DNA of 59,837 nucleotides, counting the filler. It is 2 parts of 2 records of this genome, joined end to end, with 100 filler letters (N's around TTAATTAATTAA, not from the genome) between each part and the next. Parts side by side here need not be neighbours in the genome. Positions count along the whole stretch, not along the records: positions 32,034 to 59,837 come from SRR20825019_332; 1 more part is not named here. One strand, written 5' to 3'. Made by a program: the position numbers and the translations under genes. The notes under the pieces are model-generated. The model was not told the DNA's origin, searched no databases, and saw nothing but the letters and a program-made list of their open reading frames with translations. Shown piece after piece: positions 43,418 through 53,570 of this stretch (position 1 is the stretch's first letter; each line of letters begins with the position of its first letter).

Positions 43418-46400
43418 TTATGTTAGCTCGAGGGTTTTAAATTCTGGTCTTTGGACTTTTTTTCTAGACCACATGACATACAATGCTGGAATAATGAACA
43501 AGGTAAGTGCAAGAGAGAACATGGTTCCCCCAATGATTACCACGCCCATTCCGGTTCTACTTTGTGATGCCGCACCAAGGGACATTGCAATCGGCAAAGC
43601 ACCAAGGGCAACGGTCAAACTTGTCATTAAAATAGGTCTTAGCCTTGAGACCGAAGCTTGCATTATAGCCTGATATTTGGAAATATGTTCGTTTTCCTCT
43701 TGTAACTGATTGGCAAATTCCACAATAAGGATTCCGTTTTTGGTCACCAGACCAATCAACATAATAGTTCCGATCTGACTGAAAATATTCCATGATTCGC
43801 CGAACAGCCACAAAGAGAACATGGCCCCGGCGACTGCCATCGGTACAGTTAAAATAATTATGAAAGGATCTATAAAGCTTTCAAACTGAGCAGCCAAGAT
43901 TAAAAAAATCAATACAAATGCCAAACCAAATGCAAATGCCGTGTTGGAACTACTTTCCACAAAATCTCTAGACTCACCGCCAAGGTCAGTGGTAAAGGTA
44001 TCGTCAAGAACCCTATCCTTTATCCGTTCCATGGCTTCGATACCATCTCCCATGCTCATACCTGGAGCAAGAGTCGCCGAAACAGTGGCGGACATATATC
44101 TGTTATTGTGATACAACTGTGGTGGACTGCTATGTTCTTCGGTATTCACCAAATTATCCAATTGGATCATTTGTCCATCGTTGTTCTTAACAAATATCGA
44201 GGTCAAATCCATAGGTTCGTTTCTATCCTGTTTATCGAACTGGCCAATCACCTGATATTGTTTTCCGTTCATTAGGAAGTACCCAAAGCGTTGTCCACTT
44301 AAGGATAACTGCAAGGTCTGTGCAACATCCAATACGGATACACCAAGACTCTCGGCCTTTTCTCTATCGATGGTTACATAAAGTTCGGGCTTGTTGAATT
44401 TTAGGTTTACATCAACAAAAGAAAAGGCAGGGTCTTTTTCCGCCTCAGCCATAAATTCAGGTACTTTCTCCTCCAGCTTTTCAAAGTTTTTTGCCTGTAT
44501 GATAAATTGTAGCGGTGCACCACCACGTTTGTTTACAGAAATGGTGGGTCTTTGAAAAACACTTGATCTACCGCCAACGTAAGATTTTGCCCACTTACTG
44601 AACTCATCTGCAATCTCGGCCTGTGAGCGATCACGTTCGCCCGGTTCGGACAATATGATACTGGCCCTTCCGCTATTTACAGAAGAAGCGCCAAAGCCCG
44701 GAGAGGTCATGATCAAGCCGACCTGTGCTTCCGGAATGGAATCCAATACCAACTGGGTAATGCCATCCATGTATTTTTCCATATACTCATAGGAAGATCC
44801 TTCTGGCGCATTCACCACCAAACGGACGTAGCTTCGATCATCATAAGGAGCCGTTTCTTTTTGCAATAGGTTGTAAAACAATATGATGACGCCAATACAG
44901 GCGAACAATAACGGAAAGCTCAACCATTTCCTTGCCATAAATCCTTTCAAAGCCCTTTCATAGGATTCGTTCATCTGAATAAAGAACTTTTCGGTAGTCT
45001 TGTAGAATTTGGATTGACCTTGTTTGCCCGGCTTTATCAAGTAGGCGTTCAACATAGGGGTCAATGTCAACGAAACAAATGCTGACACTAGAACGGCTGC
45101 ACTTAGGACTACCCCAAACTCCCTAAAAAGCCTTCCGACGAATCCTTCCAAAAATATTACTGGAAGAAAAACGGCCGCAAGGGTCACGGAGATGGATATA
45201 ACCGCAAAAAATATCTCTTTGGAACCTTTTACGGCGGCCTCAATGGGCGTCATACCTTCCTCTACTTTTTTATATATGTTCTCCGTCACCACAATACCAT
45301 CATCTACTACAAGGCCCGTAGCAAGAACAATGGCCAATAGCGTGAGTACATTGATAGAAAACCCGAACATCCACATAATAAAGAAGGTAGCAATCAAGGA
45401 AACAGGGATATCTATCAATGGTCTTATTGCCATGGACCAGTTCCTAAAGAAAAGATAGATGACGAGGATTACCAATATTATGGAAATCAACAAGGTTTCG
45501 GCTACTTCGGTCACCGCTCTTCTTACAAATACGGTATCATCAACAACGATGTTCAACGATATATCGTCAGGTAAATCCTTTTTTAACTGCTCATATTCTT
45601 CGTAAAAAGCATCGGCAATTTCCAGATAGTTGGTGCCGGGTTGCGGAATTATAGCAGTTGCGACCATGGGCTGGCCCAAATTCGTCATTTTGGTCTCCAT
45701 GTTCTCTCCCTCCAAAGAAGCTTTTCCGATGTCGCTCAAATGAACCAGTCTTGCTCCATCCGACTTGATTACAATATTGTTGAAGCCATCTTCGGTATTA
45801 AGGTTGCCAATGGTCTTTACCGTCAGTTCGGTATTATCACCAGTCAATTTACCCGATGGAAGTTCTACATTTTGAGCCAAAAGTGCAGCCCTTACATCGG
45901 CCACGGTTAAACCATAGGCAGCAAGTTTTACCGGGTCTATCCATAATCGCATGGCGTACCTTCGTTGCCCCCAGATTTGAATGCTGCTCACTCCTGGAAT
46001 GGTCTCCAATCGCTGCGCAATAACATTCTCGGCAAAATCGGAGAGCTCTAGGATGTTCTTGTTATCACTTTGGATGGTCATGGAGAGAATCCTTTCGGCA
46101 TTGGAATCTGCCTTGGATACCACGGGGGGCGCATCCAGATCCTCGGGTAGGCTCCTGACCGCTTGTGAAACTTTATCACGGACGTCGTTGGCCGCTTCCT
46201 CTAAATTTTTATCAAGATTGAACTCTATACTAATGGAACTGGAACCTTGTACACTTGAAGAAGTTATATTTCGAATTCCATCAATGGAGTTGATGGCCTT
46301 TTCCAAAGGTTCCGTTATCTGCGATTCTATAATATCCGCGTTCGCACCGGAATAATTGGTTCTGACCGAAACAATTGCCGGGTCGATGGAGGGGTACTCC

Positions 46401-46504
46401 CTGATTCCTAAAAAGGTATAGCCAATGGCTCCGAAGAGTACAATGGCTATGTTCATAACTATCGCAAGTACAGGCCTTTTTATGCTTAAGGTTGATAAAT
46501 TCAT
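43418..46504 (-). CDS. RND efflux permease (AcrB/MdtB-like)
   Basis: SIKRPV, GLVVDDGIVVTENI, GLVTKNGILIVEFAN, RLRPILMT; 1028 aa. Confidence 0.95.
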   Translation of the reverse strand: MNLSTLSIKRPVLAIVMNIAIVLFGAIGYTFLGIREYPSIDPAIVSVRTNYSGANADIIESQITEPLEKAINSIDGIRNITSSSVQGSSSISIEFNLDKNLEEAANDVRDKVSQAVRSLPEDLDAPPVVSKADSNAERILSMTIQSDNKNILELSDFAENVIAQRLETIPGVSSIQIWGQRRYAMRLWIDPVKLAAYGLTVADVRAALLAQNVELPSGKLTGDNTELTVKTIGNLNTEDGFNNIVIKSDGARLVHLSDIGKASLEGENMETKMTNLGQPMVATAIIPQPGTNYLEIADAFYEEYEQLKKDLPDDISLNIVVDDTVFVRRAVTEVAETLLISIILVILVIYLFFRNWSMAIRPLIDIPVSLIATFFIMWMFGFSINVLTLLAIVLATGLVVDDGIVVTENIYKKVEEGMTPIEAAVKGSKEIFFAVISISVTLAAVFLPVIFLEGFVGRLFREFGVVLSAAVLVSAFVSLTLTPMLNAYLIKPGKQGQSKFYKTTEKFFIQMNESYERALKGFMARKWLSFPLLFACIGVIILFYNLLQKETAPYDDRSYVRLVVNAPEGSSYEYMEKYMDGITQLVLDSIPEAQVGLIMTSPGFGASSVNSGRASIILSEPGERDRSQAEIADEFSKWAKSYVGGRSSVFQRPTISVNKRGGAPLQFIIQAKNFEKLEEKVPEFMAEAEKDPAFSFVDVNLKFNKPELYVTIDREKAESLGVSVLDVAQTLQLSLSGQRFGYFLMNGKQYQVIGQFDKQDRNEPMDLTSIFVKNNDGQMIQLDNLVNTEEHSSPPQLYHNNRYMSATVSATLAPGMSMGDGIEAMERIKDRVLDDTFTTDLGGESRDFVESSSNTAFAFGLAFVLIFLILAAQFESFIDPFIIILTVPMAVAGAMFSLWLFGESWNIFSQIGTIMLIGLVTKNGILIVEFANQLQEENEHISKYQAIMQASVSRLRPILMTSLTVALGALPIAMSLGAASQSRTGMGVVIIGGTMFSLALTLFIIPALYVMWSRKKVQRPEFKTLELT

Positions 46505-46521
46505 AGCTCAGCGTTTACGAT

Positions 46522-47571
46522 TTATTCTAAGTTTACTCTTATGGGCATTCCATTTTGAAGCGCCATAACCCCATAGGTGATGATAGTATCTCCCGGTTTT
46601 AGTCCGGAAATTACCCGTACAGACGATCCCGTTCTTGAACCTATTTCCACGTCTATTTCTTTGGCCTTGCCATTTTCAACTATATATATTCTTTTTCCGT
46701 TTTGTACAGGGATCAAAGATTCGGTTGGTACAAGAATTGCATCCTCTGCAGTTTCCAGCGGCAGGTTTACATTGGTGTAGGCCCCGGGATATAACCTATG
46801 GTCCTTGTTGTCTGTAATGGCCCTTACCCTTAGCGTTCTCGTGGCAATATCCACTTCAGGGTCTATGGCGTAAATCGTTGCTTTATGATTTTCCTTTGAA
46901 TCCGATGTAGTAAATGTCATTTCCGTGCCCACCTGAATTTGGGAGGCGTATTTTTCCGGAACGGAGAAGGTGATTTTTAAATTATCGGTATTTACCAATT
47001 TGGCAACTACGGTAGTAGGCGTCACATAAGTTCCTTTTGAAATGGACCGCAATCCTATTGTGCCTGAAAACGGCGCCCTAACATTGGTTTTGGACAATTG
47101 TGCGGATATAAGTTCGGACTCTGCATTGGCTGATTGATAATCGGCGCTGGCAATATCATATTCCTCTTGGCTAATGGCCTGTTTTTCCAATAAAAGTTTT
47201 GCCCGTCTTTCGTTTTCAGAGGCCAGTTTTTTTGCGGTAAGTGCCTTGGATAACTGGGCCTGTAGTTCGATGTCGTTTACCTTGAAGAGAATCTGTCCTT
47301 CCGACACCTGGGAACCTTCTTTAAAATTGATACTTTCCACGATCCCGGAAACCTCGCTTCTAATATCTATCTGTTCATTGGCTTCCAAAGTACCGGAGAT
47401 TGAAATGTTGTCCTCGAATTTTGAAGGCTTCAATATGGTTCCGGAAACCGTAGAGATGTTTGGTCCGGAGTTTCCGGATTTCCCGATTTCGGCGTTGGAC
47501 TTTATTCTATAGGCAATAAGAACACCTACTCCAACAACTAATAAGCTGTAGACTATGTATTTTACTTTCAT
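46522..47571 (-). CDS. RND periplasmic adaptor (membrane fusion protein)
   Basis: N-terminal anchor, SEVSG..INFKEG, RAPFSG, VPE, IDPEVD..TRT, GLKPGD. Confidence 0.93.
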   Translation of the reverse strand: MKVKYIVYSLLVVGVGVLIAYRIKSNAEIGKSGNSGPNISTVSGTILKPSKFEDNISISGTLEANEQIDIRSEVSGIVESINFKEGSQVSEGQILFKVNDIELQAQLSKALTAKKLASENERRAKLLLEKQAISQEEYDIASADYQSANAESELISAQLSKTNVRAPFSGTIGLRSISKGTYVTPTTVVAKLVNTDNLKITFSVPEKYASQIQVGTEMTFTTSDSKENHKATIYAIDPEVDIATRTLRVRAITDNKDHRLYPGAYTNVNLPLETAEDAILVPTESLIPVQNGKRIYIVENGKAKEIDVEIGSRTGSSVRVISGLKPGDTIITYGVMALQNGMPIRVNLE

Positions 47572-47620
47572 TTTGGTTTGGTGGCGGTTACGCTGTTTTT
47601 ATATAAAAACAGACGGTTAA

Positions 47621-47628
47621 CAAAGATA
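47621..47628 (-). promoter_or_regulatory. Bacteroidetes -7 promoter box (TAnnTTTG) for the efflux operon
   Basis: The minus strand reads TATCTTTG, 50 nt upstream of the MFP ATG. Confidence 0.6.
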
Positions 47629-47814
47629 GACCTAGTCCAATATTCAATGAAAGTCATCAATGTTATTTTAACATAGTAATCCTCTCAACAGCTATATAAT
47701 AGGGGTTAACGACATATTACTCCTTATAAAATGAAAAATTTAATTTGAGGTTTGTTAAAATTTAACGAAAATCATCGATTGACCGATGTCATTTTTTGTC
47801 ATATTTCTTCGATT

Positions 47815-47822
47815 TATCTTTG
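47815..47822 (+). promoter_or_regulatory. Bacteroidetes -7 promoter box for the USP genes
   Basis: TATCTTTG, 17 nt upstream of ATG 47840. Confidence 0.6.
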
Positions 47823-47839
47823 ATAAAAGCGAAATATCC

Positions 47840-48685
47840 ATGAAAACTATACTGGTTCCTACAGATTTTTCAAAGAATGCCCTACATGCATTGCAATATG
47901 CCCAAGAGCTGTTTAAATGTGAACGAGCCTGCTTTTTTGTGATACATGCGTACGGGGAAGAGGTATATGGAGCATATAAAACGGTGGCAAAGGAAAAAAT
48001 TGATGAATTGAAAGAAGAACGAAAGGCCCAAACCCAGAAAAAACTGGATCAAATGGTCAATTCCGTAATTGGTGAGCCATCAAATCCATTGCACAATTTT
48101 GAGACGGTGGCCAGTTTTGATTCACTTGTAGATGCGGTCAACGATTTTGTTGATGAAATGAACATTGATTTGGTGATTATGGGAACCAAGGGAGAGACCA
48201 GTGATCACAATACTACATTTGGCAGCTATACCATCGAGGTATTTAAGTATGTGAAATGCCCGGTATTGGCAATACCCGAAGATTTTGAATACAGACAGCC
48301 CAATGCCATTCTCTTTCCAACCGATTATTTGTTGCCCTATAAACGTCGTGAGCTCAAACTTTTGGGCGATTTGGCAGGCAAATTTAAATCCAAGGTGCAT
48401 TGTTTGTACATAACGGATTTTGATGAACTGAGCCCTCGCCAAGCGGATAATAGATTGTTTTTGGAGGGAACTTTGACCAGAGCCTATTTGCATTTTGAGA
48501 CCGCACCTGTTAAAAACAAGGTTGAAGTGATCTTGGAAGAAATTAAAAAGAGGGAAGCAGGAATGCTGGTGATGATAAATTCCCGCCATTCTTTCTTTGA
48601 GGATATGCTATATCGTTCCACGGTAGACCTGTTGGGGCTCAAGATTAAAATACCGTTCATGGTAATGCAAAATATAAAACGATAG
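47840..48685 (+). CDS. Universal stress protein
   Basis: MKTILVPTDFS, DLVIMGTKG..FGS, CPVLAIP. Confidence 0.92.
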   Translation: MKTILVPTDFSKNALHALQYAQELFKCERACFFVIHAYGEEVYGAYKTVAKEKIDELKEERKAQTQKKLDQMVNSVIGEPSNPLHNFETVASFDSLVDAVNDFVDEMNIDLVIMGTKGETSDHNTTFGSYTIEVFKYVKCPVLAIPEDFEYRQPNAILFPTDYLLPYKRRELKLLGDLAGKFKSKVHCLYITDFDELSPRQADNRLFLEGTLTRAYLHFETAPVKNKVEVILEEIKKREAGMLVMINSRHSFFEDMLYRSTVDLLGLKIKIPFMVMQNIKR

Positions 48686-48689
48686 GCAA

Positions 48690-49550
48690 GTGAAGAAGAA
48701 ACGAATTATATTGCCCACGGACTTTTCTGAAAATGCTTGGAATGCTGCGATATACGCCTTGGAATTATTCAAGCATGTTCCTTGTGATTTTTTTCTGCTA
48801 AACTCTTATCAAGTGGGAGCTTCTGGTCTTTCTACTAAAATGGCCGGTGCCAATGATACGCGATTGTACAATTTGATGAAAGAACAATCGGAACGTGATC
48901 TTCAACGAGAGTTGGAAAGAATCAAAAGGGTTGATAAGAATCCAGAACATACTTTTACATCCAAATCCATAATAGATACCTTGGTCAATGCTATTGGAAA
49001 AACGGTTTATCAGGAGGAAATCGACTATATCATCATGGGAACCAAAGGTGCATCAGGACTAAAGGAAGTTTTTATGGGGAGCAATACCTATACTATTATC
49101 AAGGAAATGGACTTTTGCCCGGTTATAGCGGTCCCGGAAGATTACCGACCGGATGGAAAACTGGATTCCATTTTGCTGGCTACGGGTTATGAGCATCTTT
49201 TTGAAAATTATGAGCTAAAACCACTGTTGAGCATCGTGGAAAGTTTTAATGCTAAACTATGGATTGCCCATGTAGGGGATGTAGAGGGGTTTACCTCTGA
49301 ACAAAAGAGCTCCAAAAATAAACTGGAAACACGGTTAAAATCCATCAACTATGAATTTGTTGAAGTGGAGAAAGATGTTTCGGTCAATAATACCATTCAA
49401 AGATTAATTAAAGAAGACAGCAACATTGACATGGTAGCTATGATCAATCAAGACCACTCATTTTTTGAGAGACTGACCAGGGAACCGGTAATCAAAAAAG
49501 TAACCTTCAATTCCACAGTTCCTTTCTTGGTCATTCACCTATTTGAATAG
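48690..49550 (+). CDS. Universal stress protein (GTG start)
   Basis: RIILPTDFSENA, YIIMGTKGASG..FMGSNT, CPVIAVP. Confidence 0.92.
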   Translation: MKKKRIILPTDFSENAWNAAIYALELFKHVPCDFFLLNSYQVGASGLSTKMAGANDTRLYNLMKEQSERDLQRELERIKRVDKNPEHTFTSKSIIDTLVNAIGKTVYQEEIDYIIMGTKGASGLKEVFMGSNTYTIIKEMDFCPVIAVPEDYRPDGKLDSILLATGYEHLFENYELKPLLSIVESFNAKLWIAHVGDVEGFTSEQKSSKNKLETRLKSINYEFVEVEKDVSVNNTIQRLIKEDSNIDMVAMINQDHSFFERLTREPVIKKVTFNSTVPFLVIHLFE

Positions 49551-49551
49551 G

Positions 49552-49851
49552 CTATAAAAATGATTTGGCCAATTGAACGATTTCCCCTTTTTGCAAAACA
49601 CCGGATTTTCTCCAGAGTTGTTTCCCGTTCTTGAAAAAAATCATTGTTGGTACGCCTTTTACCTGATATGTGTTTGCGAGACTTTGGTTCTTGTCCACAT
49701 CTATCTTTACAATTTTCAACGAATCGCCCATTTCATCCTTTACCTGTTTTAAAATAGGGGCCAACATTTTACAGGGGCCACACCATTCTGCGGAAAAATC
49801 GATGAGCGTCAATTGGTCGCTATTGATTAAATTGGCAAAGTTTCCTTTCAT
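49552..49851 (-). CDS. trxA: Thioredoxin
   Basis: DFSAEWCGPCK, KIDVD, GVPT. Start ATG at 49851. Confidence 0.93.
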   Translation of the reverse strand: MKGNFANLINSDQLTLIDFSAEWCGPCKMLAPILKQVKDEMGDSLKIVKIDVDKNQSLANTYQVKGVPTMIFFKNGKQLWRKSGVLQKGEIVQLAKSFL

Positions 49852-50011
49852 GATTATATACAATTAGCTTTTGCAATTTATAAAAACCGACTAAACCTCA
49901 AAGTGACCTAGGTCACATGGGCTAGCTGGAGTTATGAAAAAAAGGAATCGCTTCGGGTCGGATACTTTTTCTATCTTTAGTCGCTACATAACTAAACAAA
50001 CTAAACCTTAC

Positions 50012-50776
50012 ATGTACACAAAAACCACCATAAGTTTTCTTGCATTTTTATTATTGGTATCCTGTAAAAATGAAACGAAAAAAGAAGATGAAAATAATTG
50101 GCGAACCAAAAAAGTGGCTTTGGAGAACGCGGTTCAAAACCAGTTGCTAGAGGTAGAAAAGGAAGAAGGTTGGAAGCTACTTTTTGATGGGGAGACCTTG
50201 AGGGGATGGCACCTTTATAATGACCCGGATGCCGATTCAGTTTGGGAAGTAGTGGATGGGGAATTGCATAGCAACGCAAATGATGAATCCTTGACAGCGG
50301 GCGATTTGGTCACTAATGATGCTTATAAAAATTATGAGCTTACCCTGGAGTGGAAGATAGCAGGAAATGGTAACAGTGGTATTTTCATCAACGTTCAGGA
50401 ATTACCCGATGTACCTACGGCTTGGCAAAGCGGACCGGAGTATCAGATTTTAGGTGCGGACCATATGGATTATGATATACCCGAGAAGCGTCCCGGCTCC
50501 CTTTATGTATTCCTGCCCCAAAAAAACAAAGTAGAGGTTGAACAAGGAGGGTGGAACAAGACCAGGATAAAACAGGAGAATGGTAAAATAGAGTTCTACC
50601 TCAATGGGGTCCTCACGGCAGAGAAAGATTTTAGTTCACCCGAGTGGAAGGAAGAGATTGCCGGCACTCATTTCTCCAAATACCCCGAGTTCGGCAAGAC
50701 CACAGAAGGTAAAATCGCTTTGCAATATTGGTATTTTGAAACCTGGTTCCGAAATATCAAGATTAGGGAACTATAG
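50012..50776 (+). CDS. DUF1080 / 3-keto-disaccharide hydrolase family lipoprotein
   Basis: Lipobox LVSC. Motifs GWKLLFDG, GNSGIF, GPEYQI, GWN, LNG, GKIALQ, FRNIKIREL. Confidence 0.88.
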   Translation: MYTKTTISFLAFLLLVSCKNETKKEDENNWRTKKVALENAVQNQLLEVEKEEGWKLLFDGETLRGWHLYNDPDADSVWEVVDGELHSNANDESLTAGDLVTNDAYKNYELTLEWKIAGNGNSGIFINVQELPDVPTAWQSGPEYQILGADHMDYDIPEKRPGSLYVFLPQKNKVEVEQGGWNKTRIKQENGKIEFYLNGVLTAEKDFSSPEWKEEIAGTHFSKYPEFGKTTEGKIALQYWYFETWFRNIKIREL

Positions 50777-50943
50777 AAAAACGGTATCTTTAAAGGTTGC
50801 ATTGTGTTAGGGGCAACATTTTAAAATCAAATTAGCTGTTTAAGAAGTTTCTCCAAACTTTCATCTTTTCCGTGGAATATAATGGCCTATAAGGCAAGTA
50901 CAAAATGGCGGTTAAGTTAGGCTAATTTAAAGTTTTCAACTTT

Positions 50944-51945
50944 TTAATACTCCAGGCTTTTGCGACGGAGCAACACCTTGGCGTAGTCGCGGGCCATTTT
51001 ATCACCGAACTCTTGGTAGCCGCGTTGTGCCCACTCCAGTGCCATGTCCGTTTCCCCTTTGACCTCGAAGGCGACGGCCAGGTTATGGGCGGCCCTTCCT
51101 GCGGATTTACCTCTGTTGTTGGCAACATCGGTCCATATTCGAATGGCTTCGTCCCAGTTAGCCACTTCGCTGCTTCTCCAGCCGGCGGCAAATAGGTTTT
51201 TGTCCCTACCTTTTCCTTTTTTGTACATATCCCGTCTTACACGGTAATAGCTGGTAAAGAAACGGCTGGTGTAATCCATGCCGGCAGCATAGGCGGTTTC
51301 GGGCAGTGCTGATAAGGGTGCAGCACCACTTAACAGGTCAAAATCCATAAAATAGGTCTGTTGGTACTGATCCATAATGGTTTTGGAATGTGGATCATAG
51401 AGTCTCCAAAAGCTTCTTACATTTACCCTTGCTCGACGAGGAAACCGTGTATCGGTACGTCCGGTTTCCAAAACAGAGGTAACTTGATTGACCGCATTGG
51501 CAATTACAAAATCAGAATTGGAATCAAAGTTTTCCAGAACGAGTAGAACGTCCGCGTTGGCCGATTCACATATTTCGATTACTTCGTCCCAACCCAATAT
51601 CTCTGGAGTTTTTCTGGTGCCGGTACCGTATATCCTAACTTTTGGAGGTATCACAGCTTTTAAGTGATTACTGTTCCGTAGACCATCAAAAATACCTTTG
51701 ACGGCTTCATCTGAGGCTAGCTTGTCCGATCCTGCTATTTCGCCCGTGGCTATGGATTCCAAAGTTCTGTTTTTCTTGTCCTCTTCTTTGGTCAGTGAAC
51801 GGTTGACGACGGCTACACTTTCGATTTCTTGTGGCAAAATAAGTTCGGGTTCTTGAGGGTAGTTCAAATTCACAAACCCAGAACTGGCACAGGAAGCCAT
51901 ACTTAACATAACAAGGGAAAGCAGAATAAAGTTGAAGTTTTTCAT
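50944..51945 (-). CDS. Bacteroidetes lipoprotein with C-terminal TPR-like helices (DUF6340-like)
   Basis: Lipobox MASC; WDEAIRIW..AAHNLAVAFEVKG..ALEWA. Family name is from recall only. Confidence 0.7.
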   Translation of the reverse strand: MKNFNFILLSLVMLSMASCASSGFVNLNYPQEPELILPQEIESVAVVNRSLTKEEDKKNRTLESIATGEIAGSDKLASDEAVKGIFDGLRNSNHLKAVIPPKVRIYGTGTRKTPEILGWDEVIEICESANADVLLVLENFDSNSDFVIANAVNQVTSVLETGRTDTRFPRRARVNVRSFWRLYDPHSKTIMDQYQQTYFMDFDLLSGAAPLSALPETAYAAGMDYTSRFFTSYYRVRRDMYKKGKGRDKNLFAAGWRSSEVANWDEAIRIWTDVANNRGKSAGRAAHNLAVAFEVKGETDMALEWAQRGYQEFGDKMARDYAKVLLRRKSLEY

Positions 51946-52134
51946 GATTGTAAGATTTTGGTAATGCATGGATTACAACAAGTGTGCCATAGCTTTTTTC
52001 CTTGGGGCTGTAGGTTTTAAAACGAGAAAATAGATGCTTTATTTTTATAGGGGTTTGGAATGTTTTTTTACTTCTACAAACAACCATTTGTGTTCTTGTC
52101 CATCCTAATAGCGAACAATAAAATTTAATTGAAG

Positions 52135-52653
52135 ATGAAACGAATGTTTTTTAATGCTTTTTCCCTAATAAGTTTTTCGGCAATCCTTATGTCATGTAGT
52201 TCGGATGAAGGGCCCGAATGTGCCCCGGATTTTACTGGTGATCTAACCACAACCGAAGAAATATTGGTCGGGGAATGGATTCTTTCCGGCATTGAAGCTG
52301 CCAAGGAAGTGGATTTGACCGATGATGATACGGACAATGCATCAACAAATCTTTTTGAACAATACGAAGAGTGTGCTAGGGACGCTGCCTATACTTTTGA
52401 TTCCGATAGGACTTTTGCCTATGAAATAGGAAAATATGGGGAAGATTGTGACTATGTGGTTCCTTCTACAGGTACATGGGAATTGACTTCACAAAACCTT
52501 AGCTTGGTATCTTCATGCTCCATGCAAACCACTAATTTGGAGTTTAATGAAGATTTAACGGCATTTACATTCTCGGAAATATACAATGTGACCGAGGTGA
52601 CCGGTACAGTTGTGCAAACAAGGATTGATTTTACATACACCTTAACTCCATAA
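52135..52653 (+). CDS. Lipocalin-like domain lipoprotein
   Basis: Lipobox MSCSSD; LVGEW, YTFDSD..F, GTWEL. Confidence 0.7.
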   Translation: MKRMFFNAFSLISFSAILMSCSSDEGPECAPDFTGDLTTTEEILVGEWILSGIEAAKEVDLTDDDTDNASTNLFEQYEECARDAAYTFDSDRTFAYEIGKYGEDCDYVVPSTGTWELTSQNLSLVSSCSMQTTNLEFNEDLTAFTFSEIYNVTEVTGTVVQTRIDFTYTLTP

Positions 52654-52918
52654 GAGTTAAAAATAAAGATCATACGGAAAGTGCGGAGCAAGTTTTGGGC
52701 CTTTTTGGGCATGAACATGAGAATACCTTGGTCAACTAAACTCACTTTGTTGGGTGAATTACTTTTATGAGATAAAAAGATGGGCTGTAACCCGTCTGAA
52801 AATGTTATAACTACACTGTTGCTTCAATTTGGGCTATGCAAGTAAATAAAGAGATTAAAATTTGTCGTTAATCCGAAATTTGTAAATTGCAGGTGTAAAA
52901 TGTTTGCATTTACAAAAA

Positions 52919-53500
52919 ATGAAGCCAGAATATTTGCATAACCTCAAAATCGACCCCCTGTCGGAGAATACCGTGGAGGATGATTTTAGTATAATATATG
53001 AGTTCTACAGGCCTAAACTTGTTGTGATTGTAAACAGTTATATCCCTTCTCAAGAAGATGCCGAAGAAATCATCCATGATGTCTTTATCAAATTATGGGA
53101 AAAGTGGGATACATTACAGATTACCTCCAATTTTACAGGTTACATTTACAGTATGACCCGAAATGCCTGTTTGGATTATCTTCGCGCCAAAAAAAATAAG
53201 CTCACCAAAGAAATGTCTGTTGAACAGCAAGAGTTTTGGTTGAACCATGGTGCGTTGGCAGATGATATGGCTTCTTCGATTTTGGCAAACGAACTCCAAT
53301 CTTTGGTGGATAAGGCCATAGAGCAACTCCCAGAAAAATGTAAGAAAGTTTTTAAAAAAAGTAGGATGGAGGGATTGTGCCATAAAGAAATATCAGAGGA
53401 ACTGGAAATCTCTCCAAAAACCGTGGAAAACCATATGAGCAGGGCCTTAAGACAACTCCGAGTTGCCCTGAGCGAGTACCTACCTTCTTTGTTTTTATAA
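52919..53500 (+). CDS. ECF sigma-70 factor (PUL-associated)
   Basis: DAEEIIHDVFIKLW, RNACLDYLR, LPEKCKKVF..EGL..KEISEELEISPKTVENH. Confidence 0.95.
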   Translation: MKPEYLHNLKIDPLSENTVEDDFSIIYEFYRPKLVVIVNSYIPSQEDAEEIIHDVFIKLWEKWDTLQITSNFTGYIYSMTRNACLDYLRAKKNKLTKEMSVEQQEFWLNHGALADDMASSILANELQSLVDKAIEQLPEKCKKVFKKSRMEGLCHKEISEELEISPKTVENHMSRALRQLRVALSEYLPSLFL

Positions 53501-53570
53501 AATTTACTTTCCGACTAGGGGGTGACCCTGTTTTTTACGTCATGCTATTGAATACTGTTCCTAATTTAAG

